NCBI RefSeq assembly: GCF_009914755.1
Contig: NC_060942.1
DNA: 64,000 nucleotides
Source: the human T2T-CHM13v2.0 reference genome, Homo sapiens
Strand: one strand, 5' to 3'
A program made the translations under genes and the position numbers. Below, one piece after another: positions 20,505 through 34,304 of the stretch (its first letter is position 1; each line of letters opens with the position of its first letter). The notes under the pieces were generated by a model. It was not told the DNA's origin. It ran no database searches and worked only from the letters and a program-made list of their open reading frames with translations.

Positions 20505-23500
20505 CCTCTGCTTCTGGGTTCTGAGAATTTGTCACTAACATAGGATTCCAGAACACTGCTGCAGGGTTCTGAGTGATTGTTGCTCACATGGGATTCAAAA
20601 ACACTCCTGCTGGGTTCAGAGTGTTATCCCTCACATACGATTCCAGAACACTACTACGAGGTTCTGAATGTTTGTCCCTCACAAAGGATTCCAGAACACT
20701 GCTGCTGGGTTCTGAGTGTTTGTCCCTCACATAGGATTCCAGAACACTGCTGCTGGGTTCTGAATGTTTGTCCCTCACATAAGATTCCAGAACTCTGCTA
20801 TGCAGTTCTGAATGTTTGTGGCTCACATAGGATTCCAGAACACTGCTGCTGGGTTCTGAGTGTTTGTCCCTCACATAGGATTCTGGAACGATGCTGCTGG
20901 TTTCTGAGTGCTTGTCCCTTATATTGGATTCCAGAACAATGTTATGAGGGTCTGAATGTTTTTCCCTCATGTAGGATTCAAGAACACTGCTAAGAGGGTC
21001 TCAATGTTTTTCCCTCACAAAGGATTGCAGAACTCTGTTGCTGGGTTCTGAGTGTTTGTCCCTGATATAGGATTCCAGAACACTGCTATGAGGGTCTGAA
21101 TGTTTTTCCCTCACAAAGGATTCCAGAACGCTGCTGGGTTCTGTTTGTTTGTCCCCCACAAAGGATTCCAGAGCACTGCTGCTGGTTTCTTAGTGTTTGT
21201 TCCGCACATAGGATTCCAGAACACTTCTGCGGTGGTTTGAATATTTGTCCCTCAGATAGGATTCCAGTACACAGTGTCTGGGTTCTGAGTGTTGGTCCCT
21301 CACATAGGATTCCAGAACACTGCTTCTGGGTTCTGAGTGTTTGTCACTCACATAGGATTCCAGAACACTGCTTCGAGTGTCTGAGTGTTTGTCCCTCACA
21401 AAGGATGCTGGAACACTGCTGCTGGTTTCTGAGTGTTTGTCACTCACAGAGGATTCCAGAACACTGCTTCTGGGTTCTGAGTGTTTGTCCCTCACACGAG
21501 ATTCCAGAAAACTGCTATGAGCGTCTGAAGGTTTGTCCATAACAAAGGATTCCAGAACAATGCTGCTGGATCTGAATGTTTGTCCCTCACACAGGATTCC
21601 AGAACACTGCTTCGAGGGTCTGAGTGTTTGTCCCTCACACAGGATTCCAGACCACTGCTTCTGGGTTCTGAGTGTTTGTTCCACATATAGGATTCCAGAA
21701 CACAGCTACAAGGCTATGAAAGTTTGTCTCTCACAAAGGATTTCAGAAAAATGCTGCTGGGTTCTGAGTGTTTGTCCCTCACATTGGATTCCAGACCACT
21801 GCTTCTGGGTTCTGAGTGTTTGTTCCTCACATAGGTTTCCAGAAAACTGCTGCTGGGATCTGAGGGATTGTCCCTGTCATTGAGTACGAGAACACTGCTG
21901 CTGGGTTCTGAAGGTTTGTCCTTCACTTAGAATTGCAGAATACTGCTGCTAGGTTATGAGGGTTTGTCCCTCACATAGAATTCTAGAACTCTGCTGCTGG
22001 GTTCTGAGCGTTTCTCTATCACATGAGATTCTGGAACACTGCTAAAATGTAGGAATGTTTGTCCCTCACAAAGAGTCCAGAGCACCGCTTGTGGGTTCTG
22101 AGTGTTTGTCCCTCACATAGGATTGCAGAACACAGCTGCTAGGTTCTGAGTGTTTGTCCCAAACATAGGATTCCAAAACACTGCTCAGAGGGTCTGAAAG
22201 TTTCTTCCTCACCAAGGATTCCAGAACACTGCTGCTGGGTTCTGAAAGTTTGTCCCTCACATATGATTCCGGAACACTGCTATGAGGGTCTGAATATTTG
22301 TCCCTCAAAGGGATTCCAGAACACTGCTTTTGAGTTCTGAGTGTTTGTCCGACACAAAGGATTCCAGAACACTGCTGCTGGCTTCTGAGTGTTTGTCCCT
22401 CACATAGGATTTCAGAACACTGCTATGAGGGTCTGCATGTTTTTCCCTCAGAAAGCATTCTGTATCACTGCTACGAGTGTCTGGATGCTTGTCCCTCACA
22501 TAGGATTCCAGAACACTGCTACTGGGTTCTGACTGTTGGTCCTTCACATAGGATTCCAGAACACTGCTCCGAGGGTCTGAATGTTTGTCCCTCACATAGG
22601 ATTCCAGAACATTTGCTGCTGGTTTGTGAGTGTTTGTCCCTCATATGGGATTCCAGAACACTTCTGCTGGGTTCTGAGTGTTTGTCCCTCATATAGGATA
22701 CCAGAACACTGCTATTGGCTTCAGAGTGTTTGTCCCTCACATAGGATTCCAGAAAACTTCTAAGAGGTTCCGAATGTTTTCCTTCAGATAGGATTCCAGA
22801 ACACTGCTGCTGGGTTCTGAGTGTTTGTCCCTCACATAGGATTCCAGAACACTGCTAAGAGGGTCTGAATGTTTGTTCCTCAGATAGGATTCCAGGACAC
22901 TGCTGCTGGGTTGTGTGTGTTTGTCACTCACATAGAATTCCAGAACACTGCTACGAGTGTCTCAATGTCTGTCCCTCACATAGAATTCCAGAATACCCCT
23001 GCTGTGGTCTGAATGTTTGTCCCTCACATATGATTCCAGGACGCTGCTGCTGTGTTCTGCGTGTTTGTCCCCCACATAGGATTCAAGAACACTCCTGCTG
23101 TCTTCTGAACGTGTGTCCTTCACAGAGGATTCCAGAACACTGCTACTAGCCTCTGAATTGTTGTCCCCCACAGAGGATTCCAGAACACTGGTACTAGGGT
23201 CTGAATGTGAGTCTCTCACATAGGATTCCAGAACACTAATGCTAGGGTCTGAATGTTTGTCCCTCACCTAGGATTGTAGAACACTGCTACGAGGTTCTGA
23301 ATCTTTGTCCATCACATAGCATTATAGAACACTGCTACGAAGTTCTGAATGTTTTTCCCTCAGAGAGAATCAAAGAACACTGCTGCTAGCGTCTGAAATT
23401 TTGATGATCACATAGGATTCCAGAACTCTCCTGCTGTGGTCTGTATGTTTATCTCTCACATAGGATTCCAGAACACTGCTACGAGGGTCTGAATGTTTGT

Positions 23501-26500
23501 CCCTCACAAAGGATTCTAGAACACTGCTGCTGGGTTCTGAGTGATTGTCCCTCACATAGGATTCCAGAACACTGCTGCTGGGTTCTGAGTGTTTGTCTCT
23601 CACATAGGATTCCAGAACACTGCTACGAGGGTCTGAATGTTTATCCCTCACAAAGGGTTCCAGAACACTGTTACTGGATTCTGAGTGTTTGTCCCTCATA
23701 TTGGATTCCAGAACAATGCTACGAGGGTCTGAATATTTTTCCCTCACATAGGATTCTAAAACACTGTTACGAGGGTGTGAATGTTTTTCCCTCCCAAAGG
23801 AATCCAGAACACTGCAGCTGGGCTCTGAATGTTTGTCCCTCATATAGGATTCCAGAACACTGCTACGAGGATCTGAATGTTTTCCCTTACAAAGGATTGT
23901 AGAACTCTGCTACTGGGTTCTGTTTATTTGCCCCTCACAAAGGATTCCAGAGCACTGCTGCATATTTCTTAGTGTTGGCCCCTCACATAGGATTCCAGAA
24001 CACTTCTCCGAGGTTCTGAATGTTTGCCCTCAGATAGGATTCCAGTACACTGGCTGGATTCTGAGTGTTTGTCCCTCACATAGGATTCCAGATCACTGCT
24101 ACAGGTTCTGAATGTTTGTCCCTCACAAAGGATTCTAGAACACTGCTACTGGTTTCTGAGTGTTTGTCCCTCACAAAGGATTCTAGAACACGGCTTCTGG
24201 GTTCTGTGTGTTTGTCCCTCACATAGGATGCCAAAACACTGATGCTGGGTTCTGAGTGTTTGTCCCTCACTTAGCATTCCAGAACACTGCTGCTCGGTTC
24301 TGAGTGTTTGTCCCTCACATACAATTCCAGAACACTGCTACGAACTTCTGAAGGTTTGTTGCTCACATAGGACTCCAGAACACTGCTGCTGGGTTCTGAG
24401 TGTTTGTCCCTCACATAGGATTCCAGAACACTGCTACGAGGGTCTGAATGTTTATCCCTCCCAAAGGATTCCAGAACACTGCTGCTGGGTTCTGAGTGTT
24501 TGCCCCTCAAATAAGATTCCAGAACACTACTGTGACGGTCTGAATGTTTTTCCCTCACATAGGATTCAAAAGACTGTTACGAGGGTCTGAATATTTTTCC
24601 CTAACAAAGGATTGTAGAACACTGTCACTGGGTTCTGTTTGTAGGTCCCTCCCAGAGGATTCCAGAACACTAATACGAGGGTCTGAATGTTTGTCCCTCA
24701 CATAGGATTCCAGAACAGAGCTGCTGTGTCCTGATTGCTTGTCCCTCACAAAGGATTCCAGAACACTGATGCTGGGTTCTGAGTGTTCGTCTATCACATA
24801 GGATTCCAGAACAAAGCTGCTGGGTCCTGATTGTTTGTCCCTCACAAAGGATTCCAAAACACTGCTACGAGGGTCTGAATGTTTGTCCCTCATATAGGAT
24901 TCCAGATCACTGTTGCTGTGTTCTGAGTGTTTGTCCCTCACATAGGATTCCAGAACACTGCTGCTCGGTTCTTCGTGTTTGTACCTCATATAGGATTCCA
25001 GAGCACTGCTACAAGACTGAATGCTTGTCCCTTACATAGGATTCCAGAACACTGGTTTGAGAGTCTCAATATTTGTCCCTCACAAAAGATTGCAGACAAC
25101 TGCTGCTGAGTTCTGAGAGTTTGTCCTTCACTTAGGAATCCACTGATTCTGGGTTCTGAATATTTGTCCTTCACATAGGATTCCAGAACAGTGCTGCTGG
25201 CTTCTGAGTGATTGTCCCGCACGTAGGATTCCAGAACACTGCTACGAGGGTCTGAATGTTCTTCCCTCACAAAGGCTTCCAGAACACTGCTGCTGGTTTC
25301 TGTTTGTTTGTCCCTCACAAAGGATTCCAGAGCACTGCTGCTGGTTATTTAGTGTTTGTTGCGCACATAGGATTCCAGATCACTTCTGCGAAGGTCTGAA
25401 TGTTTAGCCCTGAGATAGGATTCCAGTACACACTGGCTCAGTTCTGAGTGTTTGTATCACACACTGGATTCCAGAACACTGCTGCTGGGTTCTGAGTGTT
25501 TGCCCCTCACATAGGATTCCAGAAAACTGCTACGAGGACCTTAATGTTTGTCCATCACTAAAGATTCTAGAACAATGCTGCTGGATCTGAGTGTCCCTCA
25601 CATAGGATAACAGAACACTGCTTCGAGAGTCTAAATGTTTGTCCCTCGCAAAGGATTCTAGAACGTTGCTGCTGGTTTCTGAGTGTTTGTCACTCACATA
25701 GGATTCCAGAACACTACTGCTGAGTTCTGAGGCTTTGTACCTCACATAGTATTTCAGAACACTGCTACGAGGTTCTGAATGTTTGACCCTCACAGAGCAT
25801 TGCAGAACAGGGCTATGGGGATCTGAATGCTTGTCCCTCACATATGAATCCAGAACACTGCTGCAGGGTTCAGAGTGTTTATCCCTCACATAGGATTACA
25901 GAGCACTGTTCTGAGCGTCTGAGTGTTTGACCCCCACAAAGGATTGCAGAACACTGCTGCTGGGCTCTGAGTGTTTGTCCCTCACATAGGATTCTAGAAC
26001 ATTGCTGCTGGGTTCTGAGTGTTTGTCTCTCACATAGGATTCCAGAACACTTCTCTGAGGATCTGAATGTTTGTCCCCCACAAAGGATTCCAGAACACTG
26101 CTGCTGGGTTCTGAGTGTTTGTCCATCAAATAGGATTCCAGAACACGGCTGCTGGGCTCTGTTTGTTTGTCCCTCACAAAGGATTCCAGAGCACTGCTGC
26201 TGGTTTCTGAATGTTTGTCTCTCACATAGGATTCCAGAACACTTCTACGAGGCTCCGAATGTTTGTCCTTCAGATAGGATTCCAGAACACAGTGGCTGTG
26301 TGATGAGTGTTTTTCCCTCAAATAGGATTCCACAACACTGCTTTGAGGGTCTGAATGTTTGTATCTCACAAACCAGTCTAAAACACTACTTCTGGGTTCT
26401 GAGCGTTTGTCACTCACTAAGGATTCCAGAACACTGCTGCTGGGTTCTGAGTGCTTGTCCCTCACATAGAATTCTAGAACACTGCAGCTCGTTTCTGAGT

Positions 26501-29500
26501 GTTTCTCCATCACTTTGGATTCCAGAACACTGCTAATATTGTCTGAATGTTCATCCCTTACCAAATATTCCAGAACACTGCTGCTGGGTTCTGAGTGTTT
26601 GGCCCTCACATTGGTTTCCAGAACACTGCTGTGATTGTCTGAATGTTTGTCCCTCAAAAATTATTCCAGAGTACTGCTGCTGGGTTCTGAGGGTTTGTCT
26701 CTCACATAGAATTAAAGAATACTGCTGCTGAGTTCTGAGATTTTGTACCTCACATATGATTCCAGAACACTGCTATGAGGGTCTGAATATTTGTTCCTCA
26801 CAGAGCATTCCAGAAGGGTGCTATGAGGGTCTGAATGCTTGTCCCTTACATAGGATTCCAGAACACTGCTCTGAGAGTCTGAGTGTTTAACCCTCACAAA
26901 GGATTCCAGAACACTGCTGCTGGGTTCTGAGTGTTTGTCCCACACATAGGATTCCAGAACACTGCTGCTGGTTTCTTAGTGTTTGTCTCTCACATAGGAT
27001 TCCAGAACACTGCTACGAGGATCTGAATGTTGTCCCTCACAAAGGATTAGAGAACACTGCTGCTGAGTTCTGAGTGTTTGTCCCTCACATAGGATTCCAG
27101 AACCCTGCTGCTGGTTTCTTTGGGTTTGTCTCTCACATAGGATTGCAGAACACTGCTACGATTATCTGAATGTTGTCCCTCACAAAGTATTACAGAGCAC
27201 TGCTGCTGGGTTCTCTCTGTTTGCCCCTCACATTGGATTACAGAACACTGCTGCTAGGTTTGAGGGTTTGTCCCTCACATAGGATTCCAAAACACTGTTG
27301 CTGGGTTCTGAGTGTTTGTCCCTCACATACGATTCCAGAACACTGCTACGATTGTCTGAATGTTTGTCCCTCACAAAGTATTCCAGAGCACTCCTGCTGT
27401 GTAAAGAGTGTTTGTCCTTCACATAGGATTCCAGAACAGTGCTGCTGGGTTCTAAGTGTTTGTCCCTCACATAAGATTCCAGAACACTGCTACGAGGATC
27501 TGAATGTTTGTCCCTCACAAATTATTCCAGAGTACTGCTGCTGGGTTCTGAGTGTTTGTCCCTCACATAGGATTCCAGAACAGTGCTGCTGGATTCTGAG
27601 AGTTTGTCCCTCACATAAGATTCCAGAACACTGATATGAACGTCTGAATGTTTGTCCCTCAGATAGGATTACAGAACACAGCTACGAGGGTCTGAATGAT
27701 TGTCCCTCACATAGGATTCCAGAACACAGTGGCTGGGTTCTGAGTGTTTGTCCCTTATATAGGATTTCAGAACACTGCTATGAATTTCTGAATGTTTGTC
27801 GCTCACAGAGGATTCTAGAACTCTGCGGCTGGGTTGTGTTTGTCCCCCACATAGGATTCCAGAATACTGCTGCTGGGTTCTGAGTGTTTGTCCCTCACGT
27901 AGGATTCCAGAACACTGCTACGAGAGTCTGAATATTTTTGCCTCTCAAAGGATTCCAGAACACTGCTGCTTGGTTGTGTTTGTTTGTCCCTCACAAGGGA
28001 CTCCAGTGCACTGCTGCAGGTTTCTGAGAGTTTTTCCCTCACATAGGATTCGAGAACACTTCTACGAGGGTCTGAATGTTTGTATCTCACAGTGGAATCT
28101 ACAAAACTGCTGCAGGGTTCTGAGTGTTTCTCACTCATATAGGATTACGGAACACTGCTGCTGGGTTCTGAGAGTTTATTCCTCACATGGGATTCCAGAA
28201 CACAGCTGCTGGGTTCTGAGTGTTTGTCCCTCACATAGGATTGCAGAACACTGCTACGAGGGTCAGAATGTTTGTCCATCACAAAGGACTCCAGAATATT
28301 GCTGCTGGGTTCTGAGTGTTTGTCCATCACATAGGATTCCAGAACACTGTTCCAAGGGTCTGAATGTTTTTCCCGCTCAAAGGATTCTAGAACACTGCTG
28401 CTGGGTTCTGAGTGTCCCTCACATACGATTCCAGAACACTGCTGTGAGGTTCTGAAACTTCGTCCATCACAAAGGATTCCAGAACACAGCTGCTGTGTTC
28501 TGAGTGTTTGTCGCTCACATAGGATTCCAGACCTCTGCTGCTAGGTTCTGAGTGTTTGTCCCACACATAGCATTCCAGAACAATCCTGCTGGGTTCTGAG
28601 TGTTTTTCCCTCACATAGGATTCCAGAGCACTGCTGCTGGGTTCTGAGTGTTTGTCCCATATATAGAATTCCAGAACAATGCTACGATGGTCTGAATGTT
28701 TTTCCCTCACATAGGATTCCAGAACACTGCTGAGTGTCTGAATGTTTGTCCTTCACAAAGGATTCCAGAGCACTGCTGCTGGGTTCTGAGTGTTTGTCCC
28801 TCATATAGGATTCCAGAACACTGCTACGGGGGTCTCCATGTTTTTCCCCCACAAAGGCTTCCAGAACACTGCGCTGGTTTCTATTTGTTTGTCCCTGTCA
28901 AAGGATTTGGGAGCACTTCTGCTGGTTTCTTAGTGTTTGTCACGCACATACGTTTCCAGAACACTTCTACGAGTTTCTGAACGCTTGTCCCTCACAAAGG
29001 ATTCCAGAAAACTGCTGCTGGGTTCTGAGTGTTTGTCCCTCACATAGGATTCCAGAACTCTCCTGCTGGGTTCTGTTTGTTTACCCCTCACAAAGGAATC
29101 CAGAGCACTGCTGCTGGTTTCTGAGTGTTTGTCCCTCACTCAGGATACCAGAACACTGCTACGATGGTCTGAATGTTTGTCCGTCACAAAGGATTCATAA
29201 CATTGCTATGGGTTCTGACTGTTTGTCCCTCACAATGGATTTCAGAAAACTGCTTTGAGAGTCTCAATGTTTGTCCCTCACAAAGTATTCCAGAGCACTG
29301 CTGCGGGGTTCTGTGTGTTTGTCCCTCACATGGGATTCGAAAACACTCCTGCTGGGTTCAGAGTGTTTTCCCTCACATAAAATTCCAGAACACTGCTACA
29401 AGGTTCTGAATGTTTGTCCCTCACAAAGGATTCCAGAACACTGCTGCTGGGTTCTTAGTGTTTGACCCTCACATAGGATTCCAGAACACTGCTGCTGGGT

Positions 29501-31256
29501 TCCGAGTGTTTCTCCCTCACATAGGATTCCAGAACACTGCTGCTCGGTTCTGAGTGTTTGTCCCTCACATAGCATTCCAGAACACAGGTACGAAGTTCTG
29601 AATGTTCGTCACTCAAATAGGATTCCAGAACAATGCTGCTGGGTTCTGAATGTTTGACACTCACACAGGATTCCAGAACACTGCTGCTGGGTTCTGAGTG
29701 TTTGTCCCTCACATAGGATTCCAGAACACTGCTTCGAGGATCTAAATGTTTTTCCCTCACAAAGGACTCCAGAACACTGTTGCTGGGTTCTGAGTGTTTG
29801 CCCCTCATATAGGATTCCAGAACAATGCTACGAGTATCTGAATGTTTTTCCCTCACATAGGATTCCAGAACGTTGCTACGAGGGTCTGAATGAATACTCA
29901 CAGAGTATTCCAGAACACTGCTGCTGGGTTCTGAATGTTTGTTCCTCACATAGGATTCCAGAACACTGCTGCTGGGTTCTGAGTGTTTGTCCCTCACTTT
30001 GGATTCCAGAAAACGGCTATGACAGTCTGAATTTTTGTCCATCACAAAGGATTTTAGAACACTGCTGCTGGATCTGAGTGTTTGTCCCTCACACAGGATT
30101 CCAGAACACTGCTTCGATGGTCTGAATGTTTGTCCCTCACAAAGGATTCTAGAACACTGCTGCTGGTTTCTTAGTGTTTGTCACTCACATAGGATTCCAG
30201 AACACTGCTGCTGGGTTCTGAGTGTTTGTCCCTCACATACGATTCCAGAACACTGCTACGAGGTTCTGAATGTTTCTCCCTCACAAAGGATTCCAGAACA
30301 CTGCTTCTGAGTTCTGAGTGTTTGTCTGTCAAATAGGATTCCAGAACACTGCTGCTGGGCTCTGTTTGTTTGTCCATCACAAAGGATTCCAGAACACTGC
30401 TATAGGTTTCTGAGTGTTTGTCCCTCACATAGGATTCCAGAACAATTCTACGAGGCTCCGAATGTTTGTCCTTCAGATAGGATTTCAGAACACAGTGGCT
30501 GGGTTCTGAGTGTTTGTCCCTCACATAGGGTATCAGAACTCTGCTGCTGGGATCTGAGTGTTTGTCTTTCACAGAGGATTCCAGAACACTGCTGCTTTGT
30601 TCTGAGTGTTTGTCCCTCACATAGGATTCCAGAACACTGCCGCTCGGTACTGAGGGTTTGTCCCTCACATAGAATTCTAGAACACTGCAGCTCATTTCTG
30701 AGTGTCCCTCACTTAGGATTCTAGAACAATGCTACGATTGTCTGAATGTTTGTTCCTTACCAAGTATTCCAGAACGCTGCTGCTGGGTTCTGAGTGTTTG
30801 GCACTCACATTGGTTTCCAGAACACTGCTACGAGGGTCTGAATGTTTTTCCCTCAGAAAGGATTCTGGAACCCTGCTACTGGATTCTGTTTGTTTGTCCC
30901 TTACAAAGGATTTCAGAGCACTGCTCCTGGTTGCTGAGTGTTTGTCCCTCACTTAGGATCCCAGAACACTGCTGCTGGGTTCTGAGTATTTGTCCCTCTC
31001 ATGGGATTCCAGAAACCTGCTGTTGAGTTCAGAGTGTTTGTCCCTCACATTGGATTCCAGAACACTGCTGCTGGGTTTTGAGTGTTTGTCCCTCACATAG
31101 AATTCCAGAACACTGCTACGAAGTTCTGAATGTTTGTCGCTCACACAGGATTCCAGAACACTGCTGCTGGGTTCTGAGTTTTTGTCCCTCACATAGGATT
31201 CCGGAACAATGCTATGAGGGTCTGAATGTTTATCCCTTACAAAGGATTACAGAACA
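20505..31256. repeat. CER (D22Z3-type) 48-bp centromeric satellite array, ~10.8 kb, roughly 220-225 monomers
   Basis: Tandem unit CCCTCACATAGGATTCCAGAACACTGCTGCTGGGTTCTGAGTGTTTGT (48 bp), interspersed with a variant carrying CTGCTACGAGGGTCTGAATG. Confidence 0.93.
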
Positions 31257-31322
31257 GTTCTGGAATCCTATGTGAGGGACAAACACTCAGAACCCAGCAG
31301 TGTTCTGGAATCCTATGTGAGG
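31257..31322. repeat. Inverted CER fragment (~1.4 monomers) forming a fold-back at the array end
   Basis: GTTCTGGAATCCTATGTGAGGGACAAACACTCAGAACCCAGCAGTGTTCTGGAATCCTATGTGAGG is the reverse complement of the array unit, with a 3-bp deletion. Confidence 0.92.
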
Positions 31323-31323
31323 T

Positions 31324-31511
31324 CAGTGTGGGGGGATGGGTGAGGGATAGCATTAGGAGATATACCAAATGCTAAATGACGAGTTAATGGGTGCAGCACA
31401 CCAACATGGCACATGTATACATATGTAACAAACCTGCACATTTTGCACATGTACCCTAAAACTTAAAGTATAATAATAAATTTTAAAAATTAAATAAAAA
31501 AATTAAAAAAA
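31324..31511 (+). mobile_element. Heavily 5'-truncated L1PA (approx. PA4-PA7) 3'UTR and tail
   Basis: GGGATAGCATTAGGAGATATAC...GTAACAAACCTGCAC...CTTAAAGTATAAT followed by an A-rich tail. Confidence 0.9.
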
Positions 31512-31825
31512 GAATTAACATAGTTTTATGTAGTCTTCAGTAGACAACATTCATCCATGTAAATTAAACAGTATTTTCTACAATCATGTGAATATAAGGC
31601 CACACTATTTACTATGAATAAATCCCTTAAATAGTAATTTTAATATCGTTATTTATTCTTTTGAAATATAAAGTATTATAACTGAGTTAAGGTTACAGAT
31701 AATTTAAAAAATGTATGCCATTACTAGTATATTAAGATTATTTATACTTAGATATTTATATGTAATATCCAAAGAAAATTTACTATCTAATTGTTACAGT
31801 AGATATTAATCTGACATGCTTATTA

Positions 31826-32159
<334 letters not shown>

Positions 32160-32197
32160 AGATAGAGTAGTAGGTTAGCAAAATTTTACATTCTATC

Positions 32198-32492
32198 TTT
32201 TTTTGTTGTTTTTGAGATGGAGTCTGGCTCTGTCACCCAGGCTGGAGTGCAGTGGCATGATCTCAGCTCACTGCAACCTCTGCCTCCTGAGTTCAAGTGA
32301 TTCTCTTGCCTCAACCCCTAAGTAGCTGGGATTACAGGTGTCTGCCACCACGCCTGGATAGTTTTTGTATTTTAGTAGAGATGGTGTTTCACCGTGTTGG
32401 CCAGGCTGGTCTTCAACTCCCGACCCAGGTGATCCGCCTGCCTCAGCCTCCCAAAGTGCTGGGATTACAGGCGTGAGCCACCGTATCCTGCC
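32198..32492 (-). mobile_element. AluSx-like
   Basis: Antisense Alu dimer with a T-rich tail. Confidence 0.9.
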
Positions 32493-33413
32493 TCACAGTC
32501 TATTCTTATGTTTTACTATATTTGGAATGCCACTCTTACAGAACAAATCAATGCAAGTGATGTGACTACCCAAAAATCATGAATCATAATAGTCTTCAGT
32601 TAGATATGTTGCAATCTCAGATATAGTTCTACTATGTAAACAGAGCCAAATTCCAATTCTTTATCAAAAAGTGCTGGCGAAGGTTGCCTGATGTGTTCCA
32701 GTGTAGATCCTCAATCCAATGGCCAGCAGATGAGAGAGCAGCAGAGATGGAAGAAAAATCTTAAGAAATTCTGCTGAGAATATGCCCCCTTTCTTCATAA
32801 CACTGTGTTTCGTGTGTTGAGAGCGGCTGTGCATTTTGGGTGTTTAGAGAGAAACTGTCTCAGGGGAGTATTTTCTGGTAGACTTGGCTAATATTATATG
32901 TAATCTGAATTTTTCTTTCAGATACTTTTAACCTCTTAATACAATTTTATTCAGACTGAGAGCTGTTTTTCTCTTCAATGCTTTCGGTGTCTGTCTTCAG
33001 AAGGGACACCCAAAAGTGTCTCATGGTGTTTCTGAGTGAGTTGGGCTGTCACAATGAGAACTCTTTGGCACTCTAACCAGACCCATGCTGGGAATCCAGC
33101 AGTATTTTTTTTGTCACCATTATAAATAGAAACATAGCTGAAACATTGCTCCCATTTCCATTATTGCAAAAGTGCAATCCTACCCAGGAGTCCTGCAGGT
33201 TCTCCTCCTGCAGTTCAGGGACCCTGCTCCATAATGTGACACTGGAGTGCAGCTGTGGTGGTTGGAGTCCATGTGGAATGTGGGCTGCCAGCTGTGTGCT
33301 GTGAGCTGTGCCTCAGTGGTAGATGGTAGGGGAAGAGATGGGACACAGGCCACCAGGACAGGGCAAGAAGGATTACTGCAGCCCCTGGCCTAGGGAGTAG
33401 GGACCCTTTGCTT

Positions 33414-33830
33414 TGAAATGTAAATAGCCAAAAGAATAGTATCCTATTTCACAGTGTCTGTAAGAGAACCAGAGCCTACTTTCAGCAGGCACCTGGCTGT
33501 AAGTTGCAAAACTACCTACTATCATGAAGATGTCAGAAGTTTATTTTTCCTTTCAATATAACCAATTAACATACACAGATGGCCTCCCCAATTACCAGGT
33601 GAATTTAGGATAAACTGTGTATGACAAATGGTGCTGTCAAGTCTTCTACTTGAGGACTAATTATAGAGACCTTTCTGTCTTTGCAATCTCTTGAGCAGAT
33701 TGTCTGTGATTCTTGTCACATCACATTCTGGTTTTATTGTGCAATACAACACTTTTCTTTCTGTTCTGTTATTGTGGGGTTTTTCTAGGATTGGAGATAA
33801 TTTTCCTTTTAATTATATTTCTCAAACCCT
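33414..33830 (+). mobile_element. Probable old ERV1-type LTR
   Basis: LTR-like composition and 3' end; family not identified. Confidence 0.3.
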
Positions 33831-34304
33831 GTTCACAATTACCAGACATTGTATATATGTATAAATTGCCCACCAAGCTTCATTTTAGAGAAGGCTTTCC
33901 CCCTCAGGCTTCCAGTCAACTCAGTCAGTTGTGCTTCAAAGTGCACACTGGCCCCAGAGTATGCAGGCAGACTTGTGTCTCTGCCTGTTTCACATCTATA
34001 GTCCTCTACAACCACTCGTAGAGAGGTTAAGCCTTTCTACAAGTGGTTGACAAAATTCACAGGACAGTAATCAGCCATTTCACCTCTTTCAGTGACCATA
34101 GTGTCTTCAGACCTGAAACTGAGTTGGAGACTATTAGGCCCAGAAGAACAATTAGGGTGACATGTGTGCATTGAGTAAACGTGAGTATCTCAAAGTTCCT
34201 CTTTCTCCTCCTCCCCAAATTCCCATAAATGTGCAGTTAACACCTGCCATTTCTCCATCCATCCAGGACCTAAATCTACAATACCAAATTCTGAATCTCG
34301 GTCT

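Noticed and set aside
20505-31256. Idea that the neighbouring ZNF (or ZNF93, via CTGCTGCTG) targets the CER array as a linked system
   Set aside because: Only proximity and a loose motif resemblance support it. The ZNF is dead and the adjacency looks like a rearrangement junction.
20577-31275. Dozens of ORFs encoding Cys/His-rich or Ser-rich repeat proteins
   Set aside because: By-product of a satellite unit divisible by 3; scattered stops and frameshifts, no gene structure.
20505-31322. CRISPR-like array (conserved palindromic repeat with a variable middle)
   Set aside because: There are no unique spacers: the whole 48-bp unit is repeated. The context is primate, no cas genes are present, and the unit matches CER satellite.
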